Assembly (NCBI GenBank): GCA_035700105.1
Contig: DASSOZ010000008.1
Coordinates: 3,385-67,384 of the forward strand
Source: Acidimicrobiales bacterium
GTDB lineage: Bacteria > Actinomycetota > Acidimicrobiia > Acidimicrobiales > DASSOZ01
Length of the DNA stretch: 64,000 bases
Reading direction: 5' to 3'
Positions 18,688 through 26,185 of the stretch are shown here, piece by piece. The position numbers were made by a program, and so were the translations under genes. How positions within the stretch are numbered: position 1 is the first letter of the stretch; each line of letters starts with the position of its first letter. A model generated the notes under the pieces. That model was not told the origin of the DNA. It saw only the letters and a program-made list of their open reading frames with translations, and ran no database searches.

Positions 18688-19598
18688 CGCAGGAAGTGTG
18701 CCAGTGCCTTGTTGAACAGCTCGGCGCGCTCCCACTGGAGGAAGTGACCGGCGCCGGGGACGACGAACGGACCGAGGACGTCGCCGAACGTCGCCGCGCA
18801 CTTCGCGGGGAACGTCGGCGCGACGACGTGGTCGGCATCGCCGTAGAGCACGAGGGCCGGCACCGGGTGGATCTCGAACAGCTTCGGGACCGCGGACGGC
18901 TTCTTGGTCCCGCACGCGACCTCGTACGAACCGAACGACGCCCGCAGCTTGTCGGCGTCGGCGAACGGCTCGGTGTGGAACGCCACGTCGTGCATGGTGA
19001 ACCCGCCCGGCCCCGCCCAGAGCCGGTGCGTGTAGAAGGACGCGATGTACCGGCGGCGCAGATCCGGGGTGTCGAGCTCGGCCATGAGCTTGTCGGGCTC
19101 GTGGCCCTGGCGCAGGAAGTAGTCGGCGGACGGACGCTTGCTCCGCGGCAGATCATCGTGGACGCCGGCAGCGTCGAGCACCTGCTTCACGTACGGCGGG
19201 TTCGAGTTGAAGAAGCACTGCCGTTCGACGAAGCCGGGGAACCGCAGGCCGAGGTCGAGCATCACGACGCCGCCGAGGTCGCCGCCCGCCGCCATGCACG
19301 ATGCGTGGCCGAGTCCCTTGACGAGGCGGTGCAGGTCGGTGGCGTAGGCGGCGGGGTCGTAGCAGCCGTCCTCGGCGAGCGACGAGTCGCCGAAGCCGCG
19401 CAGATCGGGCGCGATGACCTCGAAGCCGGCGCGAGCGAGCGGCGCGATGTTTCGTGACCAGATGCGTCGGGTCTCCGGCCAGCCGTGGATCAACAGCAGC
19501 GGGACGCCGCCCGCGCCGGCGTGCGCGAACGCCAGCGTGACACCCGTCCCGACGTCCGCGTACTTGGTCTCGACCACGTCCGCCGAGCCGCCGCGCAC
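18684..19598 (-). CDS. alpha/beta hydrolase (epoxide hydrolase / haloalkane dehalogenase-like)
   Basis: PLLLIHGWPETRRIW, APDLRGFGDS, nucleophile elbow GGDLGG, C-terminal GHFLQWE. Confidence 0.88.
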   Translation of the reverse strand: MRGGSADVVETKYADVGTGVTLAFAHAGAGGVPLLLIHGWPETRRIWSRNIAPLARAGFEVIAPDLRGFGDSSLAEDGCYDPAAYATDLHRLVKGLGHASCMAAGGDLGGVVMLDLGLRFPGFVERQCFFNSNPPYVKQVLDAAGVHDDLPRSKRPSADYFLRQGHEPDKLMAELDTPDLRRRYIASFYTHRLWAGPGGFTMHDVAFHTEPFADADKLRASFGSYEVACGTKKPSAVPKLFEIHPVPALVLYGDADHVVAPTFPAKCAATFGDVLGPFVVPGAGHFLQWERAELFNKALAHFLR

Positions 19599-19636
19599 CT
19601 CGGCGAGGGTAGACGACGGTGGAATACGCTCGGCCC

Positions 19637-19873
19637 ATGGCCGTCAGCGCATACGTGCTCATCCAGACCGAGGTCGGCAAGGCGGCGCAGGTCGCCAGTC
19701 AGGTCGCCGGCATCGACGGCGTCGTCGCCGCCGAGGACGTCACCGGACCGTACGACGTCATCGTGAAGGCCGAATCCGACTCGGTCGACGATCTCGGCAA
19801 GATGGTGGTGAGCCGCATCCAGCTGATCGACGGCATCACGCGCACGCTCACCTGCCCGGTCGTCCACCTCTAG
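19637..19873 (+). CDS. stand-alone Lrp/AsnC ligand-binding (RAM) domain protein
   Basis: MAVSAYVLIQTEVGKAAQVASQVAGIDGVVAAEDVTGPYDVIVKAES. TACGCT -10-like box lies 6 nt upstream of ATG 19637 (leaderless geometry). The ORF track start is 19619. Confidence 0.7.
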   Translation: MAVSAYVLIQTEVGKAAQVASQVAGIDGVVAAEDVTGPYDVIVKAESDSVDDLGKMVVSRIQLIDGITRTLTCPVVHL

Positions 19874-20948
19874 CACGACCGACGCGCCCCGCGCGCCGGT
19901 CGTGGCGTTCGACGGCCAGCGCCACGAGGCGGTCGATGAGCTGCGGGTAGCTCACGCCCGAGGCCTGCCACAGCTTCGGATACATCGAGATCGGCGTGAA
20001 CCCCGGGATGGTGTTGACCTCGTTGACGAGGAAGCCCCGGGCGTTGCCGTGTTCCTCGAGGAAGAAGTCGACGCGGGCCATCCCCTCGCACCGCAGCAGG
20101 CCGAAGACACGCACGGCGAGCGCCCGCACCGTGCGCGCCTGCTCGTCGTCGAGCGGCGCGGGCACGAGCAGCTTCGCGGAGTCCTCGACGTACTTGTCCT
20201 CGTAGTCGTAGAAGTCGTTCCCCGGCACGATCTCACCCGGCACCGACGCCTCCGGGTCGCGGTTGCCGAGCACCGCGACCTCGATCTCGCGGCCGGTGAT
20301 GCCTTCCTCCACGACGATCCACTCGTCGTACTCGAGCGCGTGGTCGACGGCGGCGCGCAGCGACGACGGACCGTCGACCTTCGTCACGCCGACGGACGAC
20401 CCGAGGTTGGCGGGCTTGACGAAGACGGGCCACCCGAGCTCGCGGCCGACGCGTTCGACGACGCCGGGGTCGACGTCGTCGTCACGCAGGTTCACGTAGC
20501 GCGCCTGCGGGATGCGGTGCGCGGCGAGCACGTCCTTGGCCACACACTTGTCCATCGCGACCGCGCTGGCGAGCACACCGCTCCCGACGTACGCCACACC
20601 GAGCTGCTCCAGCAGGCCCTGCATCGTCCCGTCCTCGCCGAAGGGCCCGTGCAGGACCGGGAACACGACCGTGCGCCCCTCCGCGTGTCCGGGCGCGGTC
20701 ACGTCGGGCAGCGCGACCTCGTCGCCGGTCGCGTCGAGCGCGGGCGGCAGCTCGTCCGGGCGCACGCCGGCGGCGAGCTCGGGGTGCACGACCCAGCGTC
20801 CGTCGGCGGTGATGCCGACGGGCACGACGTCGTACCGGTCGGGGTCGAGCGCGCGCAGCACGTGGACCGCGCTCACGTTGGACACCTCGTGCTCGGCGGA
20901 GCGCCCGCCGTGCAGGACGACGAGTCTGATCCGGTCGCGTGCGGTCAC
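19848..20948 (-). CDS. ddl: D-alanine--D-alanine ligase
   Basis: ORF 19848..21566 trimmed to GTG 20948: RIRLVVLHGGRSAEHEVS..VFPVLHGPFGEDGTMQGLLE..VKPANLGSSVGV..NEVNTIPGFT. Confidence 0.95.
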   Translation of the reverse strand: MTARDRIRLVVLHGGRSAEHEVSNVSAVHVLRALDPDRYDVVPVGITADGRWVVHPELAAGVRPDELPPALDATGDEVALPDVTAPGHAEGRTVVFPVLHGPFGEDGTMQGLLEQLGVAYVGSGVLASAVAMDKCVAKDVLAAHRIPQARYVNLRDDDVDPGVVERVGRELGWPVFVKPANLGSSVGVTKVDGPSSLRAAVDHALEYDEWIVVEEGITGREIEVAVLGNRDPEASVPGEIVPGNDFYDYEDKYVEDSAKLLVPAPLDDEQARTVRALAVRVFGLLRCEGMARVDFFLEEHGNARGFLVNEVNTIPGFTPISMYPKLWQASGVSYPQLIDRLVALAVERHDRRAGRVGRARGGRPGR

Positions 20949-21181
20949 GTGCGCCCGACCAGGAGCGCGCGGATGCCGAGGCCCATGATGAACAGGCCGC
21001 CGCCGCCGTAGAGCAGGTACAGATACTGGCGGGCGATCTGGTTGCGGTAGCTGTAGATGATGCCGACGGCGATGATCGCCACGAAGCCGTAGAACATGTG
21101 GAACTGCGGCGCCTCGAGCTTCTGCCCGGCCACCATGCCGACGCCGAGGCCGACCTGCACGAACACGCTCAGCTCGACCAC
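20945..21181 (-). CDS. small integral membrane protein (reading frame apparently extends to about 21325)
   Basis: Two TM helices in the listed ORF. The same frame stays open upstream for 48 more codons that encode two further TM-like helices but contain no ATG/GTG/TTG (see finding). GTGA overlap with the ddl start. Confidence 0.65.
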   Translation of the reverse strand: MVELSVFVQVGLGVGMVAGQKLEAPQFHMFYGFVAIIAVGIIYSYRNQIARQYLYLLYGGGGLFIMGLGIRALLVGRT

Positions 21182-21364
21182 GACCGTGAACCACCACAGC
21201 GCGCGGGTGCGCAGCGACGGCTGCCAGTGCGCGCCGAGGGCCCACAGCCCGGCGAGGCCGTTGCCGATGATGACGACCCACGCCCACGCCTTGTGGACGT
21301 CGAGGAGAGAGGCGGTGACGAGGATCCGGCGAGGTTAGCGACGGAGGTGGAATGCTCCCGACTC

Positions 21365-22243
21365 GTGCGCTTCTCCTACGCCGAGTCGATGACGGATCCG
21401 TCGTTCTACGCGCCGCTGGCGCAGGCGGCGGAGACGGCGGGGTTCGACACCATGGTCGTCCCGGAGTCGATCTGTTACCCGCGTGAGTCCGACTCGGTGT
21501 ACCCGTACAACCCTGACGGGTCGCGGGAGTTCCTCGAGGACAAGCCGTTCCTCGATCCGTTCGCACTGTCGTCCGCGCTCGGGATGGTGACGTCGTCGCT
21601 GCGGTTCGTCACGTTCGTGCTCAAGCTGCCGGTGCGCCACCCGCTGCTGGTGGCGAAGCAGGCGACGTCCGTGTCGGTCCTCACCGGCGGGCGGTTCGCG
21701 CTCGGCGTCGGGACGTCGCCGTGGGAGGAGGACTACCTCGTCACCGGCACGCCGTCGGCGCGCAAGGGCACGCGGATGGACGAGTGCATGCAGATCATCC
21801 GCGGCGTGTCGTCGGGCGACTGGTTCTCGTTCGCCGGCGAGATGTACGACGTCCCCGAGCTGAAGATCTGCCCGGGCGCGCCGGTCCCGCTGTTGGTGGG
21901 CGGGCACGCCGACGTCGCGCTGCGGCGGGCGGTGACGCTCGGCGACGGGTGGATGCACGGCGGCGGCGATCCGGCCGACCTGCCCCGGCTGCTCGACCGG
22001 TTGTCGGCGCTGCGGCGGGAGGCGGGTCGCGCGGACGACGACGGGTTCGAGATCCACGTGATCTCGATGGACGCGTACACCGTCGACGGCGTGCGCCGGC
22101 TGGAGGATCTCGGTGTCACGGATGTGATCGTCGGGTTCCGCTGGCCGTACGACGTGGGTCCCGACACCGAGCCGCTGTCGGCCAAGACCGACGCGCTGCA
22201 GCGCTACGCCGACGACGTGATCGCCAAGGTCAAGCCCCTCTGA
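21365..22243 (+). CDS. LLM-class (luciferase-like) F420-dependent oxidoreductase
   Basis: Tail of ORF 20939..22243: (M)RFSYAESMTDPSFYAPLAQAAETAGFDTMVVPE..GGRFALGVGTS..GDGWM. Alternative GTG at 21347. Confidence 0.85.
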   Translation: MRFSYAESMTDPSFYAPLAQAAETAGFDTMVVPESICYPRESDSVYPYNPDGSREFLEDKPFLDPFALSSALGMVTSSLRFVTFVLKLPVRHPLLVAKQATSVSVLTGGRFALGVGTSPWEEDYLVTGTPSARKGTRMDECMQIIRGVSSGDWFSFAGEMYDVPELKICPGAPVPLLVGGHADVALRRAVTLGDGWMHGGGDPADLPRLLDRLSALRREAGRADDDGFEIHVISMDAYTVDGVRRLEDLGVTDVIVGFRWPYDVGPDTEPLSAKTDALQRYADDVIAKVKPL

Positions 22244-22246
22244 GCC

Positions 22247-22294
22247 GCTTTCGGTGACTTGGGTTCGCTATGACGTACCGAAGTCACCGAAAGC
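22247..22294. repeat. 48-nt palindromic element, family 1 copy B
   Basis: GCTTTCGGTGACTT ... AAGTCACCGAAAGC around GGGTTCGCTATGACGTACCG. Lies between convergent genes. Related to 5871..5922. Confidence 0.85.
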
Positions 22295-22303
22295 CTGCGG
22301 TTG

Positions 22304-23134
22304 TCAGGCGGATTCGGCGACGGCGGCGTTCTGCATCGCCTGCGCCTCGGCGTAGGCCTCGGCGGCGACATCGACGAGTTCCACGATCTCGTCGTCGGTG
22401 AAGCCCGCCTGGCGGCGGAACTCGCGGGCGAGGTGGATCGGGTTCTCCTCCTCCTCGCCGCGGAAGCCGCCGAAGCTGAACAGCTTGTCGACGACGCGCT
22501 GGAACTGGAGCGCCGCGCTCTGGCGGTCCTTGTCGTTGGCCGTGATGCGGCGCAGCCAGTCGGAGCCCATCTTCACGTGGGTGACCTCGTCGGCGAGCAT
22601 CCAGTCCTCGCAGAACTCGAGGACCGGGTCCTGCGTTCCCTTGCCGTACTCGCGCATCGTGTTGAACACGTCGATGGCAAGACCCTCGAGCGCACGGTTC
22701 ACGCCGCACAGGCGGAAGATCGGGTCCTGGTGGCACGCCGCCTGGAAGAGCATCACCTGCTCGCCGAACTCGCCGATGTCCGTGCCCATGTGCTCGCTGA
22801 GCTTCACGCTGATCTCGACGTGGCGGGCCTCGTCCCAGCACTGTCGGGCCATGTCGAGCTTGAGCTCGAACGGCACCTCGTCGGCGCCCTTGCCGGTGTC
22901 GTAGTCGTAACAGGTGCGGCCGGCACCCTCGAGCGCCTGGATCTCGCCGACGAAGATGCCGTGCATGAGGCTGCGGGCGCCGTCGGGGGCGCCTTCGTCC
23001 TCGGGCAGGAAGCCGCCCCGCTTGCGCTGCTCGCGGAACGTGATGTTGCGGGGGTCGAAGATCAGGTCCTCGACGTTGATCCGTGCGAACCGCTCGTCAC
23101 GGGCCAGGTCGTCGACGGTCAGCATCCGGCGCAT
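22304..23134 (-). CDS. DUF455-type ferritin-like di-iron protein
   Basis: 276 aa with paired carboxylate/His motifs GEIQALEGAG, WDEARHVE, LEGLAIDV, ADEVTHVKMG, typical of ferritin-like di-iron folds. Confidence 0.8.
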   Translation of the reverse strand: MRRMLTVDDLARDERFARINVEDLIFDPRNITFREQRKRGGFLPEDEGAPDGARSLMHGIFVGEIQALEGAGRTCYDYDTGKGADEVPFELKLDMARQCWDEARHVEISVKLSEHMGTDIGEFGEQVMLFQAACHQDPIFRLCGVNRALEGLAIDVFNTMREYGKGTQDPVLEFCEDWMLADEVTHVKMGSDWLRRITANDKDRQSAALQFQRVVDKLFSFGGFRGEEEENPIHLAREFRRQAGFTDDEIVELVDVAAEAYAEAQAMQNAAVAESA

Positions 23135-23157
23135 GGGGACGATCTTCGCACGCGGAA

Positions 23158-23185
23158 CCGCCCCCGGGACAGAGCCCGGGGGCGG
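23158..23185 (-). terminator. GC-rich hairpin between the secreted-protein gene and the DUF455 gene
   Basis: CCGCCCCCGGG ACAGAG CCCGGGGGCGG (11-bp perfect stem). Confidence 0.5.
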
Positions 23186-23195
23186 CCAGCGTGGA

Positions 23196-23546
23196 TCAGA
23201 AGCCGCCGCAGTTGGCGAACGCCTCCTCGACCGGCAGGTAGCCGAAGTTCGACGGCGTGTTGCCCTTGCCGTTGCGGAGCGTGCCGCCGGCGAGGAGGCC
23301 GGGGCCCATCATCAAGCCGCCGTCCGCTTCCATCTGATCGACGGCGCTCAGCAGGAGCGCAGCGTCCGCGCACGGGGGCAGTTCCGAGATCAGGCCGCGA
23401 AGTTCGTCGGCAGTGGTCCACTGCCCGTTTGCCGCCTGCGTCTCCGCCAGACCCTTCTTGTAGCACTCGTGTGCGAACGCCGGTGTCGCGGCGCCGATGA
23501 TTCCAGCGACGACGAGCGACGCGGCGGCGATCTTGGTGCGAAGCAT
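23196..23546 (-). CDS. small secreted Cys-containing protein, paralogue 2 (predicted mature N-terminus HEC)
   Basis: ORF 23196..23606 trimmed to ATG 23546, preceded by GGGAGGA. MLRTKIAAASLVVAGIIGAATPAFA followed by HEC. Confidence 0.7.
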   Translation of the reverse strand: MLRTKIAAASLVVAGIIGAATPAFAHECYKKGLAETQAANGQWTTADELRGLISELPPCADAALLLSAVDQMEADGGLMMGPGLLAGGTLRNGKGNTPSNFGYLPVEEAFANCGGF

Positions 23547-23561
23547 TCGAGGGTTCCTCCC

Positions 23562-23598
23562 GTGTGAGCGCCGGCATCCGTCGTGCCGGCGGTCACAC
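23562..23598 (-). terminator. hairpin downstream of the acyl-CoA synthetase gene
   Basis: GTGTGAGCGCCGGCA TCCGTCG TGCCGGCGGTCACAC (15-bp stem, one mismatch). Confidence 0.5.
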
Positions 23599-23634
23599 GG
23601 TCGCAACCCGCACTTGGAGTGAGGTTGCCGCTCA

Positions 23635-25344
23635 CTAGAGGGCGGAGTCGGACGCCTCCGCGGCGAACGACGTCCCGCCGCCGCGCAGGGCGGCCTTGAG
23701 CACCTTCCCCGCCGGGTTGCGGGGCAGCGGCTCGTCGACGATCTCCACGTACGCCGGGACCTTGAAGTTCGCCAGGTGTTTGGCGGCGAACTCCTTCAGC
23801 TCGTTCGCCGTCGCCGTGGACCCGGGCTTGAGCTGGACGACCGCCTTGACCTCCTCGCCGAGCTCCTTGTGCGGCACACCGACGACGGCGGCGTCGATGA
23901 CGTCGGGGTGCTCGAAGAGCACGTTCTCGACCTCGACGCAGTAGATGTTCTCGCCGCCGCGGATGATCATGTCCTTCGCCCGGTCGACGATGTAGAGGAA
24001 GCCCTCGTCGTCGAGCTGACCGACGTCGCCGGTGTGGAACCACCCGCCGTCCGAGAACGCCTCGGCGTTGGCGTCGGGCCGCTTCCAGTAGCCGTGCGAC
24101 GACACGGTCGGGCCCTTGATCCAGATCTCGCCCGGGGCCCCGATGGGGACATCGGCACCGGCGTCGTCCACCACCCGCACCTCGACGGTGGGCACGGGTC
24201 GGCCGCACGAGCCGGGGTGGGCGACGTAGTCGTCGCCCGCGATCGCCGTCGCCACCGAGGCCGTCTCGGTCAGCCCGTACGCCGTCGCCAGCCCCGCCTT
24301 CGCCTGCGGGAACGCGGCCGTGATGCGCTCGACGAGCTCGGGCGCCGACGGCGCGCCGCCGTACGAGATGCGCGTGACGGACGAGAGGTCGTACTCGCCC
24401 AGACGGGGATGCTCGACGATGCGCCACATGATCGTGGGCACGCCGCCGATGGACGTGATGCGCTCGTCCTGGATGAGCTGCATGGCCAGCTCGGGGTCGA
24501 ACCGGCCGGGCGGCATCATCACGACCTTCGCGCCCGCCGCGTAGTTGGCGACCATCGTCGCGTGGCACCCGGTCGTGTGGAACAGCGGCACGACGAGCAG
24601 CGCGCCCGCCTGCCCGCCTTCGCCCGACATCTCGCGCGGCGCGGTGCCCCCGGCGAGCACCTGGCCCATGCCGAGGACCATGAGGTTCTGCAGGTTCGCG
24701 ACCACCTGGCGGTGCGTCACCGTCGCGCCCTTCGGCTTCCCCGTCGTCCCCGACGTGTAGAAGATGCCGGCGATGTCGTCCTCGTCGATGGCGACGTCCG
24801 GCATCGCGCCGGGGTCGGGTCCGCCGGCGAGCTCGTCCCACTCGGGCGACCCGATGACGAACACCTGCTCGAGGTCGGGCAGCGCGCCGAGCGCGTCCTT
24901 CATCACCTCGTAGCGGCGGGCGTCGCAGATCAGCACCTTGGCGCCGCTGTCGGAGAGCCCGAACTCGAGCTCCTCCGCCTTCCACCACGCGTTCAGCGGG
25001 ACGCACACCGCCGACGCCGCCGCGCACGCCCAGAACGTGACGACCCACTCGGGGTTGTTGGCGGACAGCAGCGCGACCCGGTCACCGCGATCGACGCCAC
25101 GGGCGACGAGCGCCGCCGCCAGCGCGCGAACACGCGCGTTCGTGCCGGAGAACGTCAGCCGTTCGTCGCCCTGGACGAGGAACGTCTTGTCACCGTGCCC
25201 CTCGGCGAGCGCCATGAGATCGCGCATCGAACCGAGACGGTTCTTGTACACCTGCAGCTCGTTGCCCCGGACGTCCTCGCGGATGATCTCGAACGCCCCG
25301 CCGGGTCCGGTGAGCTGACCGATTGCTTCGACGATCGTCGGCAT
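23635..25344 (-). CDS. AMP-dependent acyl-CoA synthetase/ligase
   Basis: AMP-binding motifs FYTSGTTGKPKG, YGLTE, TGDVG..DRAKDMII. The listed ORF starts at 25365 (MAAMMAAM); ATG 25344 (MPTIVEA) is equally possible. Confidence 0.9.
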   Translation of the reverse strand: MPTIVEAIGQLTGPGGAFEIIREDVRGNELQVYKNRLGSMRDLMALAEGHGDKTFLVQGDERLTFSGTNARVRALAAALVARGVDRGDRVALLSANNPEWVVTFWACAAASAVCVPLNAWWKAEELEFGLSDSGAKVLICDARRYEVMKDALGALPDLEQVFVIGSPEWDELAGGPDPGAMPDVAIDEDDIAGIFYTSGTTGKPKGATVTHRQVVANLQNLMVLGMGQVLAGGTAPREMSGEGGQAGALLVVPLFHTTGCHATMVANYAAGAKVVMMPPGRFDPELAMQLIQDERITSIGGVPTIMWRIVEHPRLGEYDLSSVTRISYGGAPSAPELVERITAAFPQAKAGLATAYGLTETASVATAIAGDDYVAHPGSCGRPVPTVEVRVVDDAGADVPIGAPGEIWIKGPTVSSHGYWKRPDANAEAFSDGGWFHTGDVGQLDDEGFLYIVDRAKDMIIRGGENIYCVEVENVLFEHPDVIDAAVVGVPHKELGEEVKAVVQLKPGSTATANELKEFAAKHLANFKVPAYVEIVDEPLPRNPAGKVLKAALRGGGTSFAAEASDSAL

Positions 25345-25368
25345 GGCAGCCATCATGGCTGCCATGCC
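25340..25368. promoter_or_regulatory. 29-bp perfect palindrome over the 5' end of the acyl-CoA synthetase CDS
   Basis: GGCATGGCAGCCAT C ATGGCTGCCATGCC. Confidence 0.3.
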
Positions 25369-25395
25369 GACGTACGTTCGAAACGGGCGGAGCGC

Positions 25396-25479
25396 CTAGT
25401 AGCGGCGGCCCCGGAAACCGATGCCGCCGAAGAGCAGCAGGACCAGCAGGACGATGAGGATGATCCAGAGGATGCTCAT
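25396..25479 (-). CDS. 27-aa hydrophobic micro-protein (candidate)
   Basis: Not in ORF track. MSILWIILIVLLVLLLFGGIGFRGRRY; nearly all codons end in G/C. Follows an 8-bp hairpin at 25482..25507. Confidence 0.4.
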   Translation of the reverse strand: MSILWIILIVLLVLLLFGGIGFRGRRY

Positions 25480-25539
25480 TCGCCGTTGCTTCCCAACGCG
25501 CAACGGCGGCACACCTCACCGGACGAACCGACCGAACGG

Positions 25540-26097
25540 CTACGTCAGCGTCGTGTGCGGCACGGAGGTGATCTCGCCGCCGTCGACGAGCTCGCGCACG
25601 GCGGGGACGGGGTCGGGGTCGCCGAACACCCGCGTGTCGCCGTAGTCGGCCTCACGCCCCGTCGCGTCGACGACCCACCACGACGCCTCGAGCGCGATGC
25701 CGTGGGGGTCGGTGAAGTAGATCGACCGGATGAAGCCGTGGTCGACGACGTCGGTCACCTCGCACCCGTGGTCCTTGAGCCGGCGGGCGAGCGTGAGCAG
25801 CGCCTCCTCGTCCGGCAGGTTGAACGAGAGGTGGTCGAACTGCGCCTTGCGCGCCGTGTCGGGGATGCCGGCGGGCGCCGCGAACGCGTGCGCGTCCTTC
25901 ACCTCGAAGAACGCGATCGTGTTCCCCGGGCCCATCTCGAAGAAGTAGTGGCGCATCGGCCCGGCCATCGTCGTGGCGACGAGCCGCATGCCGAGCACCT
26001 CGTGGTAGAAGCGCACGGTGGCGTCCATGTCGGGCGTCACCAGCGCGAGGTGGTTGATCCCCCGCCAACGGGGCTGGTCGTCGGCGCGCTTCGTCAT
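25540..26097 (-). CDS. VOC/glyoxalase family protein
   Basis: ORF 25540..26142 trimmed to ATG 26097: MTKRADDQPRWRGINHLALVTPDMDATVRFYHEVLGMRL..FDHLSF..YFTDPHGIALE. Confidence 0.8.
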   Translation of the reverse strand: MTKRADDQPRWRGINHLALVTPDMDATVRFYHEVLGMRLVATTMAGPMRHYFFEMGPGNTIAFFEVKDAHAFAAPAGIPDTARKAQFDHLSFNLPDEEALLTLARRLKDHGCEVTDVVDHGFIRSIYFTDPHGIALEASWWVVDATGREADYGDTRVFGDPDPVPAVRELVDGGEITSVPHTTLT

Positions 26098-26121
26098 GCG
26101 GTCAAGGCTACGCCGACCACG

Positions 26122-26176
26122 CCGTTTTGCCAGCAGTAGCACAACGGAAACGGGTGCGCTGCTGCTGGCAAAACGG
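26122..26176 (-). terminator. hairpin downstream of the Fe-ADH-family gene (15-bp perfect stem, 25-nt loop)
   Basis: CCGTTTTGCCAGCAG ... CTGCTGGCAAAACGG. Confidence 0.55.
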
Positions 26177-26185
26177 TGGGGCGTT

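Noticed and set aside
19848-19873. 26-nt convergent overlap of the ddl 3' end with the RAM-domain gene as an antisense regulatory device
   Set aside because: The ddl C-terminal extension (Arg/Gly-rich) is probably just read-through to the first stop. Small convergent overlaps such as CTAG at 32347 and 47565 are common here.
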